49,662 nucleotides of DNA from Methanobacteriota archaeon (GCA_002726495.1 PBTH01000046.1:1-49662); one strand, 5' to 3'. Positions 1-9,462 are shown, counted from the stretch's first letter. Translations and numbers: made by a program. The notes: a model not told the origin generated them from the sequence alone.

Positions 1-106
1 CAGGTGCGGCTGGAGCCGCTGGCGCTGCTGGCATTGGTGGCGCTGGTGCCGCTGGCGCTGCAGGTGCTGGCGCGGGCGGGGCTGCTGGGGGGGCTGGGGG
101 TTGCAT
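1..106 (-). CDS. 5' end of a gene running off the window edge; Pro/Ala-rich N-terminus (possibly a MoxR-family AAA ATPase, from context only)
   Basis: Not in the ORF track. ATG at 106 reads MQPPAPPAAPPAPAPAAPAAPAPPMPAAPAAPAAP with no stop to the edge. GGAGG (114-118) lies 7 nt upstream, just after the stop of the preceding gene at 124. Confidence 0.75.
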   Translation of the reverse strand, partial: MQPPAPPAAPPAPAPAAPAAPAPPMPAAPAAPAAP

Positions 107-123
107 ATCTATTCCTCCTTGTT

Positions 124-1698
124 TCAATTACCCCAACGACGTATATGTGGGATTAGTTCCCTTAATTCCTCGTTGGAGTATGAGCGGTTTGAACTTACAA
201 GTTCAACCAGGCGTGGTTCCCGCACCATATGCATTACTTCGGCGGGAGATTTGCGAGCGAATTCATCGCGCGTCAAATCATTGAATTGGCGTACTTTGGA
301 GAGCAAAGCCTCCCGAGTACGCCGTTGGTATTGGGATGGGTCCAATTTTGTTGGACGCTCCCTGAATCGCGTCAAGTCAAAGACGTGACGCCAGTTTTCC
401 TTTTCTGGGACAACCATGATGGCGATCGCCAAAAGAGCGAAGAGGTTGAGGATGATAAGCCACTTGAGCACGCCGTCGCTGGTAAGCAAAACAATGGCGC
501 CAATCGCTTCAGTAAATGGCATTGAGAGTGTGCTTGAAACGTGACGGCTTTCATCAAAAACAATATTGAATTCGGAATATGCACGAGTCACTTGAGTTGT
601 AATATCCGTGTTATCGAATTCCATCATGTCCTCAATGAGGGCGGTGAAGAACATGGAGTTGCCATTCCAAGTCGTATCTCCAAGTCCGGAATTAAGACCT
701 TGAGAGTCGGTATCCCAGCACATGTGGCCGAAGTCAAGGTAGAGTTGTGAGTCGCACTGCTGCTTTCCAGTAGCTGTAGCGATTTCCTTGTCCCACAGGT
801 GATTAGCGAGTACGGAGTGATCGGAAACAAAAACGATGCTTCCTGTAACATCAACTTCTCCGTAGTTGTTGTTGGTTTTCTCATCCAAAACCGTCTGACC
901 TGGGTAATTGATGCGGATGATGAGGCCTGTTTCTCCTTCACCAAGCGTTGGGTTGTTCTCGCCTTTACCCAAATCAATTTGAGCAGAAGTAGATGCTTGT
1001 GCGAGAACATGGATCTCTCGGTCCGTATCAGCCTGGTCATCAAGCACTTGAATAGCGGTGGGTCGATGGAACAAAACAGGTATGCGGCAATTCTGGACTG
1101 TACGAGATGAAACATCTTGTGTTGAGCATGGAATGTACTTTTCATCGCCCATTGAATCAACTCCACGAGTAACGGATGAAACCGCCCAGAGTTTCTTTGT
1201 ATCTGGGCTGACACGCTCATCGTTGTCTGTGGTTACTTCGTAGTAACGGCCAGTTGAGGGGTCGTCCCGAACAGGTGCATCAAAGTACTTGACACCGAAT
1301 TCTTCAGCCACAAGTTGGGCGTTTGTTGAGTTGGAAGCAAGGATGACTTTTCCTCCACGTTCGGTGACGAAGTCATAGATTGCTGCTGCTTCTGCAGCAT
1401 CAAAGGGCTTCTCCGGTGCTGCGATGACAAGAAGTGTTCGATGAGGTTCCTGCCAATCGTTGACAAGCATTGGGGTTGACATGGTATTTGCAATGTTGAA
1501 CTTGGAGGTCTCCAAGTTTTCTCTCATTACGGTGAGTTGTTGGTCCGAAAACTCATCGTCGTTTTGGTAGGGAGAAAATACAGTTGTTTTCCCTGCTGAA
1601 ACCACAGCGATTACGAGCGTGGAAAGAGCGACGGAAACAATCAATCCAACCATGAGCCATGCTTCAAGACTCATACCGGATTTTTCTGCTTCAGCCAT
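124..1698 (-). CDS. DUF4350-like membrane-anchored protein
   Basis: N-terminal TM helix, a flavodoxin/GATase-like segment (TLLVIAAPEKPF...FVTERGGKVILAS; IVFVSDHSVLAN; IVFDESRH) and a late TM helix. Start moved from 1776 to ATG 1698 (MAEAEK), which has GGGTGA just upstream. Confidence 0.6.
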   Translation of the reverse strand: MAEAEKSGMSLEAWLMVGLIVSVALSTLVIAVVSAGKTTVFSPYQNDDEFSDQQLTVMRENLETSKFNIANTMSTPMLVNDWQEPHRTLLVIAAPEKPFDAAEAAAIYDFVTERGGKVILASNSTNAQLVAEEFGVKYFDAPVRDDPSTGRYYEVTTDNDERVSPDTKKLWAVSSVTRGVDSMGDEKYIPCSTQDVSSRTVQNCRIPVLFHRPTAIQVLDDQADTDREIHVLAQASTSAQIDLGKGENNPTLGEGETGLIIRINYPGQTVLDEKTNNNYGEVDVTGSIVFVSDHSVLANHLWDKEIATATGKQQCDSQLYLDFGHMCWDTDSQGLNSGLGDTTWNGNSMFFTALIEDMMEFDNTDITTQVTRAYSEFNIVFDESRHVSSTLSMPFTEAIGAIVLLTSDGVLKWLIILNLFALLAIAIMVVPEKENWRHVFDLTRFRERPTKLDPSQYQRRTREALLSKVRQFNDLTRDEFARKSPAEVMHMVREPRLVELVSSNRSYSNEELRELIPHIRRWGN

Positions 1699-1892
1699 CT
1701 TCTTCACCCAATCCATGTGACGCGCAACGCCATATACACATCTCGGAACTTCGCTCCACTCATAATGATTGCTCAAGGGTGCTCAAGAGAAAAGTGACAA
1801 TGTCTGGAAATCAATGAGAAGAATAACTTGGCAAAAGGCCGTGAATTAACCGAAAAATTACATTTTTAGGTGATTCAAAAAATTGAAACACA

Positions 1893-2843
1893 TTAAGAGT
1901 GTCGTCGTGCAACGAAAGCCGTTGTTAGAAGAATCACGAAGAATATTTCAATCAGCGAAAATGAAGGCATCGATTCAGAGCCAGTGGATGTTGTCTCTGA
2001 ATCATCGTCTTGATCGTTATCAGAAACGGTAGAATCGTCAGCGCTTGGAGCAACGACATTGACATTCATGGTCGAGGAACGTGTCATTTCATCTCCTTCG
2101 GATAGAACCGATATTGAAACCTCACAGGTTCGTTCTTGATGGCTGCTGGTCGCCTCAAGGCGTAATGTGAAGGATTTCTTGCCATTGCCATCTTTGTCGG
2201 TAACCCCTACAACCACATTCTCTAAGGATTCCAATCCAGTAACTGACAAATGGGGGCAGCTACGGATGGTCGCATCAGCGGATACGATTGCATCGTTGTT
2301 ATTGCCGAGGTTGCTCACCATCAAGGTGAATTCAACCCAGGAGCCCGAAAACAGTGTGTCGGAAGGAAGTTGAACCTCGGGGACAAGTTTGTACAAGCGT
2401 GGCGTGCTGATATCACCCTCAATTTCATTCTCGCCAACTGGAGTCCCTCCAACAATTTCTTCTCCTTTTATTGTTAGTTGAATGGAACCGTTTGGCGCAA
2501 ATGCTCGTACCGTCTCTGCATCTGCCCCGGTGATGGTAATGGTTACTGACTCATTGGTTGAACCGCTCACAGATACAGAATCAGGGCCATCAAAAATGAA
2601 CGGCCCGTCCTCATCGTAATCATAGGTCAAGTCAACATTGAGCTCATTTGAACGGTCATTGTTGATGAAAAAGACAAGTTCCCCCGACAGGTCCCAGTCA
2701 TCCTCAAGTTCAACGAGATACGTCGAATCCATGTCTGTTTCCCACCCCATTTCCCACGAAGGCGGCCCCAGATCTTGACCCGAGACAAACGGAACGCATG
2801 TGGTCATGAGAAATGCCAAGATGAACAAGAGTACTTTTCGCAT
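1893..2843 (-). CDS. Secreted acidic beta-rich (Ig-like) surface protein with C-terminal PGF-CTERM-like sorting signal
   Basis: Signal peptide MRKVLLFILAFL, an acidic S/D/T linker, then MPSF + hydrophobic helix + RRHS at the C-terminus. Confidence 0.65.
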   Translation of the reverse strand: MRKVLLFILAFLMTTCVPFVSGQDLGPPSWEMGWETDMDSTYLVELEDDWDLSGELVFFINNDRSNELNVDLTYDYDEDGPFIFDGPDSVSVSGSTNESVTITITGADAETVRAFAPNGSIQLTIKGEEIVGGTPVGENEIEGDISTPRLYKLVPEVQLPSDTLFSGSWVEFTLMVSNLGNNNDAIVSADATIRSCPHLSVTGLESLENVVVGVTDKDGNGKKSFTLRLEATSSHQERTCEVSISVLSEGDEMTRSSTMNVNVVAPSADDSTVSDNDQDDDSETTSTGSESMPSFSLIEIFFVILLTTAFVARRHS

Positions 2844-2847
2844 AAGT

Positions 2848-3828
2848 TCAGTTCTCCTTCATGATTCCTTTAAGCGCCCTTTTGGTCAACGTGTTTACCA
2901 TAGATCTACGATAACGAGGAGGTAATGCTGTGTTATTGACAGGTTTGACTGACTTTTGGATACTGATTGACATTGATTTGATATCAATACTGCCGTCATT
3001 TGACTCAAGATGTTGCCTTATCTGTTCGGAGTGCTCTTTGGGAATTGACTCAAGGGCTGTACTTGCAATTTGAAGTGTTTCGGATTGACCTGGAATCCAC
3101 GAGGCTGCGATGCCTGCTTCGGGAAAATCCCAAGACTCCCGGACTCGAAGTTTTTGATAACACCCCTCACGTTGCGAAGCGTCCTCGGGGAGGATCACCT
3201 TCAATAGAAATTCTCCTTCCTCAAGGATGTTCTTTTTCATTCCATCCAGTTGGTAAAACGAGGGCAATTCAATCGTACGCTCTCCATTTGGCCCAACGAT
3301 AAGAACCGAGGCATTGAGGACCATAAAATTCGGAGCAAGGTCTCCTTGGTAGGTTGCAACACAAAGCGTGTTCTGATTGGGGATCACGCGGCAGTCTGCA
3401 CCAGTTCCACAATCTGCTTTGTGGCACCAATCTATAGAACGACGCCAGTCTTCCGATTGGTTGTACCAGAAACAGCGAGTGTCAAGACACAGATTACCAC
3501 CGACAGTAGCGCTTTTCCGAATAAGAGACGAAGCTACTTTCGAGGCTGCCTCTCGCAGCAACGAATGGACGATTTCTGAAGAACTCAGCGTGTCAAGCGT
3601 CACCATGCATCCAATCTCGTTGGCAGAAAGTGTGAACGCATCGGGTATGCCTGCAAGCGAGATGACATGCGGCTTGGGATTGATACGCCATTTGTAATTT
3701 GGAAGAACGTCTGTTCCCCCAGCAACCCAATCAAAGGCTTGACCTTGCTCGAGCAAAGAGCCGGCAAGTTCACACGCCTCAGCCACGCTTTTTGGGTGAT
3801 GGAGTTCAAATGGAGGCATCAACATCAA
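2848..3828 (-). CDS. hcrB: Xanthine dehydrogenase-family FAD subunit, 4-hydroxybenzoyl-CoA reductase beta-like
   Basis: FAD motifs AGGTDVLPN and IRKSATVGGNLC, plus a Cys-rich insertion CLDTRCFWYNQSEDWRRSIDWCHKADCGTGADC of the HcrB [4Fe-4S] type. Confidence 0.8.
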   Translation of the reverse strand: MMLMPPFELHHPKSVAEACELAGSLLEQGQAFDWVAGGTDVLPNYKWRINPKPHVISLAGIPDAFTLSANEIGCMVTLDTLSSSEIVHSLLREAASKVASSLIRKSATVGGNLCLDTRCFWYNQSEDWRRSIDWCHKADCGTGADCRVIPNQNTLCVATYQGDLAPNFMVLNASVLIVGPNGERTIELPSFYQLDGMKKNILEEGEFLLKVILPEDASQREGCYQKLRVRESWDFPEAGIAASWIPGQSETLQIASTALESIPKEHSEQIRQHLESNDGSIDIKSMSISIQKSVKPVNNTALPPRYRRSMVNTLTKRALKGIMKEN

Positions 3829-6635
3829 GCATCATCCTCCATATGTCTTTGTTCTTTTTTGAGCCAGGCTCTTCCAGCGAATCCAAGTTCTGCTAACTGT
3901 TCAGGAAGCGGTTCGTCAGCCTCCCTCCATCCTTCTACTTGCTCACTAAGCGGTATATTCGGGTCAAATCCAAACAAAACACCGTTTACATAAGCAGAGG
4001 TATCTTCACTTCGCTGACGGAGACGGTCCCGAACTTCGTGCTCCTTTGCACGCTCAACCAATCCCTTTTGCAAGGGCCCATGAGTGAGCGTTGGAGGGGT
4101 GAGGTCCAGTGGGTCATCAACCCCTGTTTTCTTGAGATGTTTTTGGATTCCTTTGTAGACGACATCGGGTGTAAGGGGTAGGTCACGCATACGAACACCT
4201 GTTGCGTCATACACGGCGTTAACTACAGCAGGCAGAATTGGCAACAGAGGACCTTCCCCTGCTTCCTTTGCACCAAACGGCCCTTCTGGGTCGCTTGATT
4301 CAACGATAATCGGTTCGACATGGGGCATTTCATGCACAGATGGAATCTTGTATTCCAACAAGTTTGCATTTTGTAAATGACCTGTGCGTCCATAGACCAT
4401 TTTCTCGGACAAAACTTGACCCAACCCCATGTGGCATGAGCCGATGATCTGTCCACGAACCGCCAATGGGTTGAGCGCTTTTCCACAATCGTGTGCAGCC
4501 CAAACATTGGTGCATGAAACCTTGCCAGTTTCAACATCCACATCAACTTCAGCAACATATGCAGAGAACGAATAAGCAGGTGCAAGTCCTGCTGCCGCAC
4601 CTTTGTGGACACCTCCCATTGGGGGAGACCTGTATGCCCCTCGAGCGATGAGGGCGCCGGTGTCTTCCTGCGCCTTGTGCAATGCTTGCAAGTATGAAAC
4701 TCCTATTGCGGGGTCGTGCTTGTAGTAGATGCGGCGGTCATTGAGGACCAAAACATTGGGATGGTATCCCAACATCTCCCAAGCTGCCTTGAGCAGTTGG
4801 TCTCGGATACCAATCGCTGCACGAATGGCTGCATTCGCATTCATGAAGGTCACACGACTTGAATAAGAGCCCAAATCCACCGGACTTGTATCACTTTCAT
4901 GGCTCCGCACATGTATCATTTCAACGGGCAGAGCCAGTACTTCGGCGACGACTTGAGCGACGGCTGTTGTCGACCCTTGCCCGATGTCAGCAGCACCTGT
5001 ATGAACCGTCACCCCTCCGTCCATATCAACCTGGATGTGTACGGTTGCATGAGGGAAATTCTTCGGATCCCAATGAATGGGAAGGCCCGACCCCGAAATA
5101 AAGAAGCCACAACCGATTCCTATACCTTTTCCGAGAGGGAGTTGTCTGAATTTATTGTCCCAATCCGAGCCTTCTCTAACTCGAGTAAGTGCTTCACGCA
5201 TTCCATTTGAGGTGATGCGGAAACCGCTGATGGTACGACTGTGAGGGGGAAGAAGATTTGCTAATCGAAGGTCAATTGGGTCAACAGCCATTTGTTCAGC
5301 CATTTCATCCAATCCGACTTCAACTGCGCACCGAGTGTTGACTGCACCGTGACCTCTCATAGCCCCAGACGCCGGTTTATTGGTCCAAACACGAGCCCCA
5401 GTATAATGGAATGAACCCAATTCGTATGGAGCGGTAGCCAGCACGCCGTTGTAATAGGATGTCACGTGACCAAACGATGCGAATCCACCACCATCAATGA
5501 GGGCGTCAATATCAAATCCAGAGATGCGCCCTTCCTCATCGGCTGTCATCTTAACATCAATATGAGAAGGATGTCGCCCCCTGTTGATCCAGTACACTTC
5601 TTCTCGGTCAAAGGTAATCCGAATAGGACGTCCTGCTTTACGAGCAAGAATTGCAGCACACATCTCGTGCGGGAATGGGTCGGATTTTCCTCCAAACCCA
5701 CCGCCAACAAAAGTACGGACGACATTGATTTGGTGCATTGGTACATCAAGAACGGTCGATAGAGCCCGATGGGTGTAATGAGGTACTTGTTGGGGCGTGT
5801 ACAACTGTAACCTGCCGTTAGGGTCCCAATGTGCGACAACTGCATGAGGTTCGGTGAAGCCATGATGAACGCCAGCCATGGTCCATGAACCATGAGAAGA
5901 GGCATGTGGGGTCTTGACCAAGGAACGGTCTCCGAATTCTTGGAACACCCGCTTCTGAACGTTGGTTCGGGCCAAGTGGTATTTTCCACGCCAGTGAATG
6001 GGCTCATCGTGGTCTTCAAGACCCTTTTTCGGGTCAAAAACTGGTTCAAGGAGCTCCCATTCAATATCGAATAACGAAAGGGCCTGAATCGCTGTGGCTT
6101 CGTCAACGGCTGCGACGCAAGCAACCAAATCGCCGACGTGGCGTACCTTTTCTACAGCCATAGCATGTTCGTCTTTTGTTACCGGAAGTACTCCGAAACG
6201 GTTTGGGGCGTCTTCCCCTGTTGCAACTGCGAGAACACCAGGTAGTGCTTCAACACGAGATGTATCAATTGATTTTATGCGAGCATAATGATGGGGTGAG
6301 CGAAGAATTTTACCGATAGCTTCTCCCTTGAGGCGGACATCGTCACCGTACCATGCTTGGCCCGTAACTTTTGCATTGGAATCAACCAAAGCCATTGGTT
6401 TACCTACGGCAGTTCCTGTTCGGTCACGGTCGTGGATGTGGTCGCCTGCCGGCTTTGGTTCACGGCCACCTACGGTTTCAGGGATGAAATCCAAATCTCG
6501 AGGGCGCATTTCTGGCTCAGAACCCCCGGAGCCTGGAGGAGGGAAGGCTTGCTTACCAGCCACACGCTTTCCATCACGCCGTTGGCCACCTTTATTGGAC
6601 CCAGGCTGTTGATGGTAACTCCCCATAACAATCAC
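3825..6635 (-). CDS. hcrA: Xanthine dehydrogenase-family molybdopterin subunit, 4-hydroxybenzoyl-CoA reductase alpha-like
   Basis: Motifs KVTGQAWYGDD, QVPHY, GGGFGGK, GAMRGHG, DIGQGS, GSYSSR and GPFGAKEAGEG. 4-nt overlaps with both neighbours. Confidence 0.8.
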   Translation of the reverse strand: MIVMGSYHQQPGSNKGGQRRDGKRVAGKQAFPPPGSGGSEPEMRPRDLDFIPETVGGREPKPAGDHIHDRDRTGTAVGKPMALVDSNAKVTGQAWYGDDVRLKGEAIGKILRSPHHYARIKSIDTSRVEALPGVLAVATGEDAPNRFGVLPVTKDEHAMAVEKVRHVGDLVACVAAVDEATAIQALSLFDIEWELLEPVFDPKKGLEDHDEPIHWRGKYHLARTNVQKRVFQEFGDRSLVKTPHASSHGSWTMAGVHHGFTEPHAVVAHWDPNGRLQLYTPQQVPHYTHRALSTVLDVPMHQINVVRTFVGGGFGGKSDPFPHEMCAAILARKAGRPIRITFDREEVYWINRGRHPSHIDVKMTADEEGRISGFDIDALIDGGGFASFGHVTSYYNGVLATAPYELGSFHYTGARVWTNKPASGAMRGHGAVNTRCAVEVGLDEMAEQMAVDPIDLRLANLLPPHSRTISGFRITSNGMREALTRVREGSDWDNKFRQLPLGKGIGIGCGFFISGSGLPIHWDPKNFPHATVHIQVDMDGGVTVHTGAADIGQGSTTAVAQVVAEVLALPVEMIHVRSHESDTSPVDLGSYSSRVTFMNANAAIRAAIGIRDQLLKAAWEMLGYHPNVLVLNDRRIYYKHDPAIGVSYLQALHKAQEDTGALIARGAYRSPPMGGVHKGAAAGLAPAYSFSAYVAEVDVDVETGKVSCTNVWAAHDCGKALNPLAVRGQIIGSCHMGLGQVLSEKMVYGRTGHLQNANLLEYKIPSVHEMPHVEPIIVESSDPEGPFGAKEAGEGPLLPILPAVVNAVYDATGVRMRDLPLTPDVVYKGIQKHLKKTGVDDPLDLTPPTLTHGPLQKGLVERAKEHEVRDRLRQRSEDTSAYVNGVLFGFDPNIPLSEQVEGWREADEPLPEQLAELGFAGRAWLKKEQRHMEDDA

Positions 6636-7234
6636 TTCGCATGCCCAGGAGGCATCGTTGGGTCTTCAGGCCCAGATGGATGGGGGTCAGGATGAGGGTC
6701 GCTTGCAGGAGCAACGGATTCGCCATCTCCACGATGTAGCACCGCTGCTTCCTCAATTGAATCTATGATCTGTTGATAACCAGTGCATCGGCAAAGGTTT
6801 CCTTCTATGGCTTCAGCAATTTCATCCCTGGTCGGATTGTCATTGTGATTGAGTAAAGCCTGTGATGCTATCAAAAAACCGGGTGTGCAGAAACCACATT
6901 GGGAGCCTCCATGAAGCGCAAAGCATGTCTGAATTGGTGCAAGATGAGCTCCTTCTGACAAACCCTCAACGGTGAGAATTTCTGTGTCTTTCACCTGTCC
7001 TGCGAGTGTTAAGCAGGACAATTTTGGAACACCGTCAATCATAACAGTACAACACCCACAGGTGCCGAGGTCACAGCCTCGTTTGACACCAAGCGTGCCT
7101 ACTTTGTCACGAAGAACATCCAGAAGAACAGCATTTGACGGAGCGAGGACTTCAACTGGGTTTCCGTTAACGACTCCAGACCAGCGTTCGCTTGATGCGG
7201 GCGGAGTCATGGCGATATGTTCTTCTCCAACCAT
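6632..7234 (-). CDS. hcrC: Xanthine dehydrogenase-family 2x[2Fe-2S] subunit (HcrC/CoxS-like)
   Basis: Motifs GCDLGTCGCCTV...SC and QCGFCTPG...GNLCRCTGY. Confidence 0.85.
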   Translation of the reverse strand: MVGEEHIAMTPPASSERWSGVVNGNPVEVLAPSNAVLLDVLRDKVGTLGVKRGCDLGTCGCCTVMIDGVPKLSCLTLAGQVKDTEILTVEGLSEGAHLAPIQTCFALHGGSQCGFCTPGFLIASQALLNHNDNPTRDEIAEAIEGNLCRCTGYQQIIDSIEEAAVLHRGDGESVAPASDPHPDPHPSGPEDPTMPPGHAK

Positions 7235-7270
7235 GTTCGTCCCTGCCTTGCCGTTAGCGTCACACTCTTT

Positions 7271-7289
7271 GATAATTCGGGGTATTATC
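7271..7289. promoter_or_regulatory. GATAAT-N7-ATTATC inverted repeat upstream of the hcrCAB-like operon; candidate operator
   Basis: gataattcggggtattatc in the 78-bp intergenic gap, 36 nt upstream of the hcrC start. Confidence 0.35.
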
Positions 7290-7312
7290 TCTCAAAAAAA
7301 CCCCAACCCTAC

Positions 7313-9292
7313 TCATTCGGGTTTGGTTTCATCCATCAAAATTGCCTCTATGTCCTCATCGGGTATTGTGGCCCACTGGATTCGTTCAACTTCGATGGCC
7401 TCTTCTGATTTGTTAAGGCCAAACATGACCAAAGGAACCAGAACAATTCCGAGAATCATTCCTGCGAAACCTACCAAAACAGTGCTGCCAGAGAACATTG
7501 ATTCGCTTTCTTCAGCTACCCCATCTTTGCTAACATCCATCAACATAATGTCGGCCGTGATGATTGGGGTTGAGGAAAAATTCGTTTCGCCAGCCTCCAT
7601 TATACCCCGAATGGAGATGGTGTGGTTTCCTTGAAGTTCAACACCGGGGAGATGCTCAATTTCATGAACGATATCAATGACCTCTAATTCAATATTTTTC
7701 GTATGCTCGTATGAATGAATGTTCGTCCAGTCATCAAGCAAATGGTTGCTTCGCCACTGAATGGTTTCGACGCCCTCTGTGATGGTAAACTCTAGTGAGT
7801 CCCCGTCAAACATGTGGACGCGATTGTCCATTCCTGAAGGAGTTGTCATGTTGAGAGTCACCGTGTTGTCAAAGGTATAATCCTGCTGTGCCGCTTCCAT
7901 TACAGCATCAAGGGCACGAACTTCTCCGTGACCGTAAACGTTGTTTTGGCGGTTCTTTGGAATAAGATCGTCAGCGCATGGTTCGTTGGCAGCCATGTAA
8001 TGACATTGCCTGTAGGTTGAGGTTTCTTGCATGATGTTGCGAATGTCAAACGGTGAAAGGTCGGGGTTCGCTTGGTACATCAATGCTGCAACACCCGCTG
8101 CGCCCGGAGTTGCCATCGATGTCCCCGACATGTCCGTGTATTGATCACCGGTGTTGAAAGCGACGGACATCACGCTTGAACCAACATATGCAATGTTTGG
8201 CTTAACGCGCCCTTCTTCAGTCGGGCCTTGGCTTGAGTAGATTGCAATGGCTGAATTCTTATCCAAAGCACCGACTGTAATCACATCTTCAGCGGAACCC
8301 GGCGTACCAATTTGAGCCGATACACCGTTATTTCCTGCTGCGATGAACAATGCGATTCCGGAACGTACCATTGTATTCGCGTATCGGTTGACACTGTCCT
8401 CTTCGGACGAAGTCCACTCAATCGCTCCTGGGCCACCCAGGCTCATCGATGCAGCACGAATGTTGAATTGGTAGCGGTTGTCAACGGTCCATTCCATGCC
8501 TCTCATGACGGTTGCAAAAGACCCTGAGCCACCTGCGTCAAGGACCTTTACTCCAACGAGGTTCGCCTGAGGTGCCATTCCGATGTGCTCGTAATTTGGA
8601 GCACCTGTACCTGCAGTTGTACCCGCACAGTGGGAGCCGTGTCCTTGGTCGTCGTAGGGGAAAACCTCAGTGCCGTTGGTGAGGTCTGGATTGTTAACAG
8701 GGTCAAAGAAACCAATCACCTTTGGGTCGTTGGTGGAATTATCATCATCCAAATCATCCAAACTTGCGTGAGCTCCGTCAATTCCGGTATCGATGATGGC
8801 TACAGTCACGCCGGAGCCATCGTAGCCAGTCTCTTGCCATGCTAGGTCAACACCGTGCAAGACTGCTGCATCGCCGTTTTGAACGGTCAAAATTCCATCC
8901 AGTTCAATCATGATGACGCCGGGGATATTGAGGGTTTCACGAACCAAGTCAACATGAACTCTACCTGCGAGGGCGTCAATATGCTTCAACAACCATTGAT
9001 GCTCGTATCCGACTTCACGCTCAAGCAATTCAATGTCCTGCAAGGTAGGTGTTCGGTCAAAGTCGATGATCAGGGGGAGCGTGTTATCCTCATCAAGGAA
9101 CACGGGATTGTCCTTGTGAAATTCAACCATGTCTCCAATGGAATTCTTGTTTTTGTCCACTGTGGTTTCAATCCACCAACCTTCTTCTTCAACATTTGAA
9201 TCTGATTCAATTTGGATTGGCGTTGCAAGTGCCAGAGTCGGAAGCAACATCAAGGTCAGGCAAAATGCGCTGAGGAGTTTTTTGATTAGCAA
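7313..9292 (-). CDS. Secreted, C-terminally membrane-anchored S8 (subtilisin-like) serine protease
   Basis: Catalytic triad motifs IIDTGID, HGSHCAG and SGTSMATP, oxyanion motif AAGN, signal peptide and C-terminal TM. Start placed at TTG 9292, downstream of GGTGA (ORF track gives 9313). Confidence 0.92.
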   Translation of the reverse strand: MLIKKLLSAFCLTLMLLPTLALATPIQIESDSNVEEEGWWIETTVDKNKNSIGDMVEFHKDNPVFLDEDNTLPLIIDFDRTPTLQDIELLEREVGYEHQWLLKHIDALAGRVHVDLVRETLNIPGVIMIELDGILTVQNGDAAVLHGVDLAWQETGYDGSGVTVAIIDTGIDGAHASLDDLDDDNSTNDPKVIGFFDPVNNPDLTNGTEVFPYDDQGHGSHCAGTTAGTGAPNYEHIGMAPQANLVGVKVLDAGGSGSFATVMRGMEWTVDNRYQFNIRAASMSLGGPGAIEWTSSEEDSVNRYANTMVRSGIALFIAAGNNGVSAQIGTPGSAEDVITVGALDKNSAIAIYSSQGPTEEGRVKPNIAYVGSSVMSVAFNTGDQYTDMSGTSMATPGAAGVAALMYQANPDLSPFDIRNIMQETSTYRQCHYMAANEPCADDLIPKNRQNNVYGHGEVRALDAVMEAAQQDYTFDNTVTLNMTTPSGMDNRVHMFDGDSLEFTITEGVETIQWRSNHLLDDWTNIHSYEHTKNIELEVIDIVHEIEHLPGVELQGNHTISIRGIMEAGETNFSSTPIITADIMLMDVSKDGVAEESESMFSGSTVLVGFAGMILGIVLVPLVMFGLNKSEEAIEVERIQWATIPDEDIEAILMDETKPE

Positions 9293-9462
9293 AGTCTCAC
9301 CAGTTAATTCCAAGCAGGTGGTGTTTTTGAACCCATTGGGGACCTGTGAAGCATCCGCTGGACCTGTTCACGGCAACAACTGGAATCTTAACAAACCAAT
9401 ATTTTACCCTCAATGGCGGGTGAAACATTAAGTCCTATTGTAATTGAAAAGGAGCGATTGAC

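Noticed and set aside
1-100. GC-rich near-tandem gctggcgct-like repeats
   Set aside because: Explained by Pro/Ala codons of the minus-strand gene; no repeat-spacer structure, so not CRISPR or a VNTR element.
3825-6635. Aerobic CO dehydrogenase (CoxL) call
   Set aside because: The AYxCSFR / AYRGAGR loop is absent; GAMRGHG is present instead.
6972-7634. 220-aa plus-strand ORF
   Set aside because: Antisense shadow of hcrC and the S8 protease; no recognisable motifs.
9404-9427. Imperfect inverted repeat ttttaccc...gggtgaaa in the divergent promoter region
   Set aside because: Short and imperfect, so plausible by chance; no further support.
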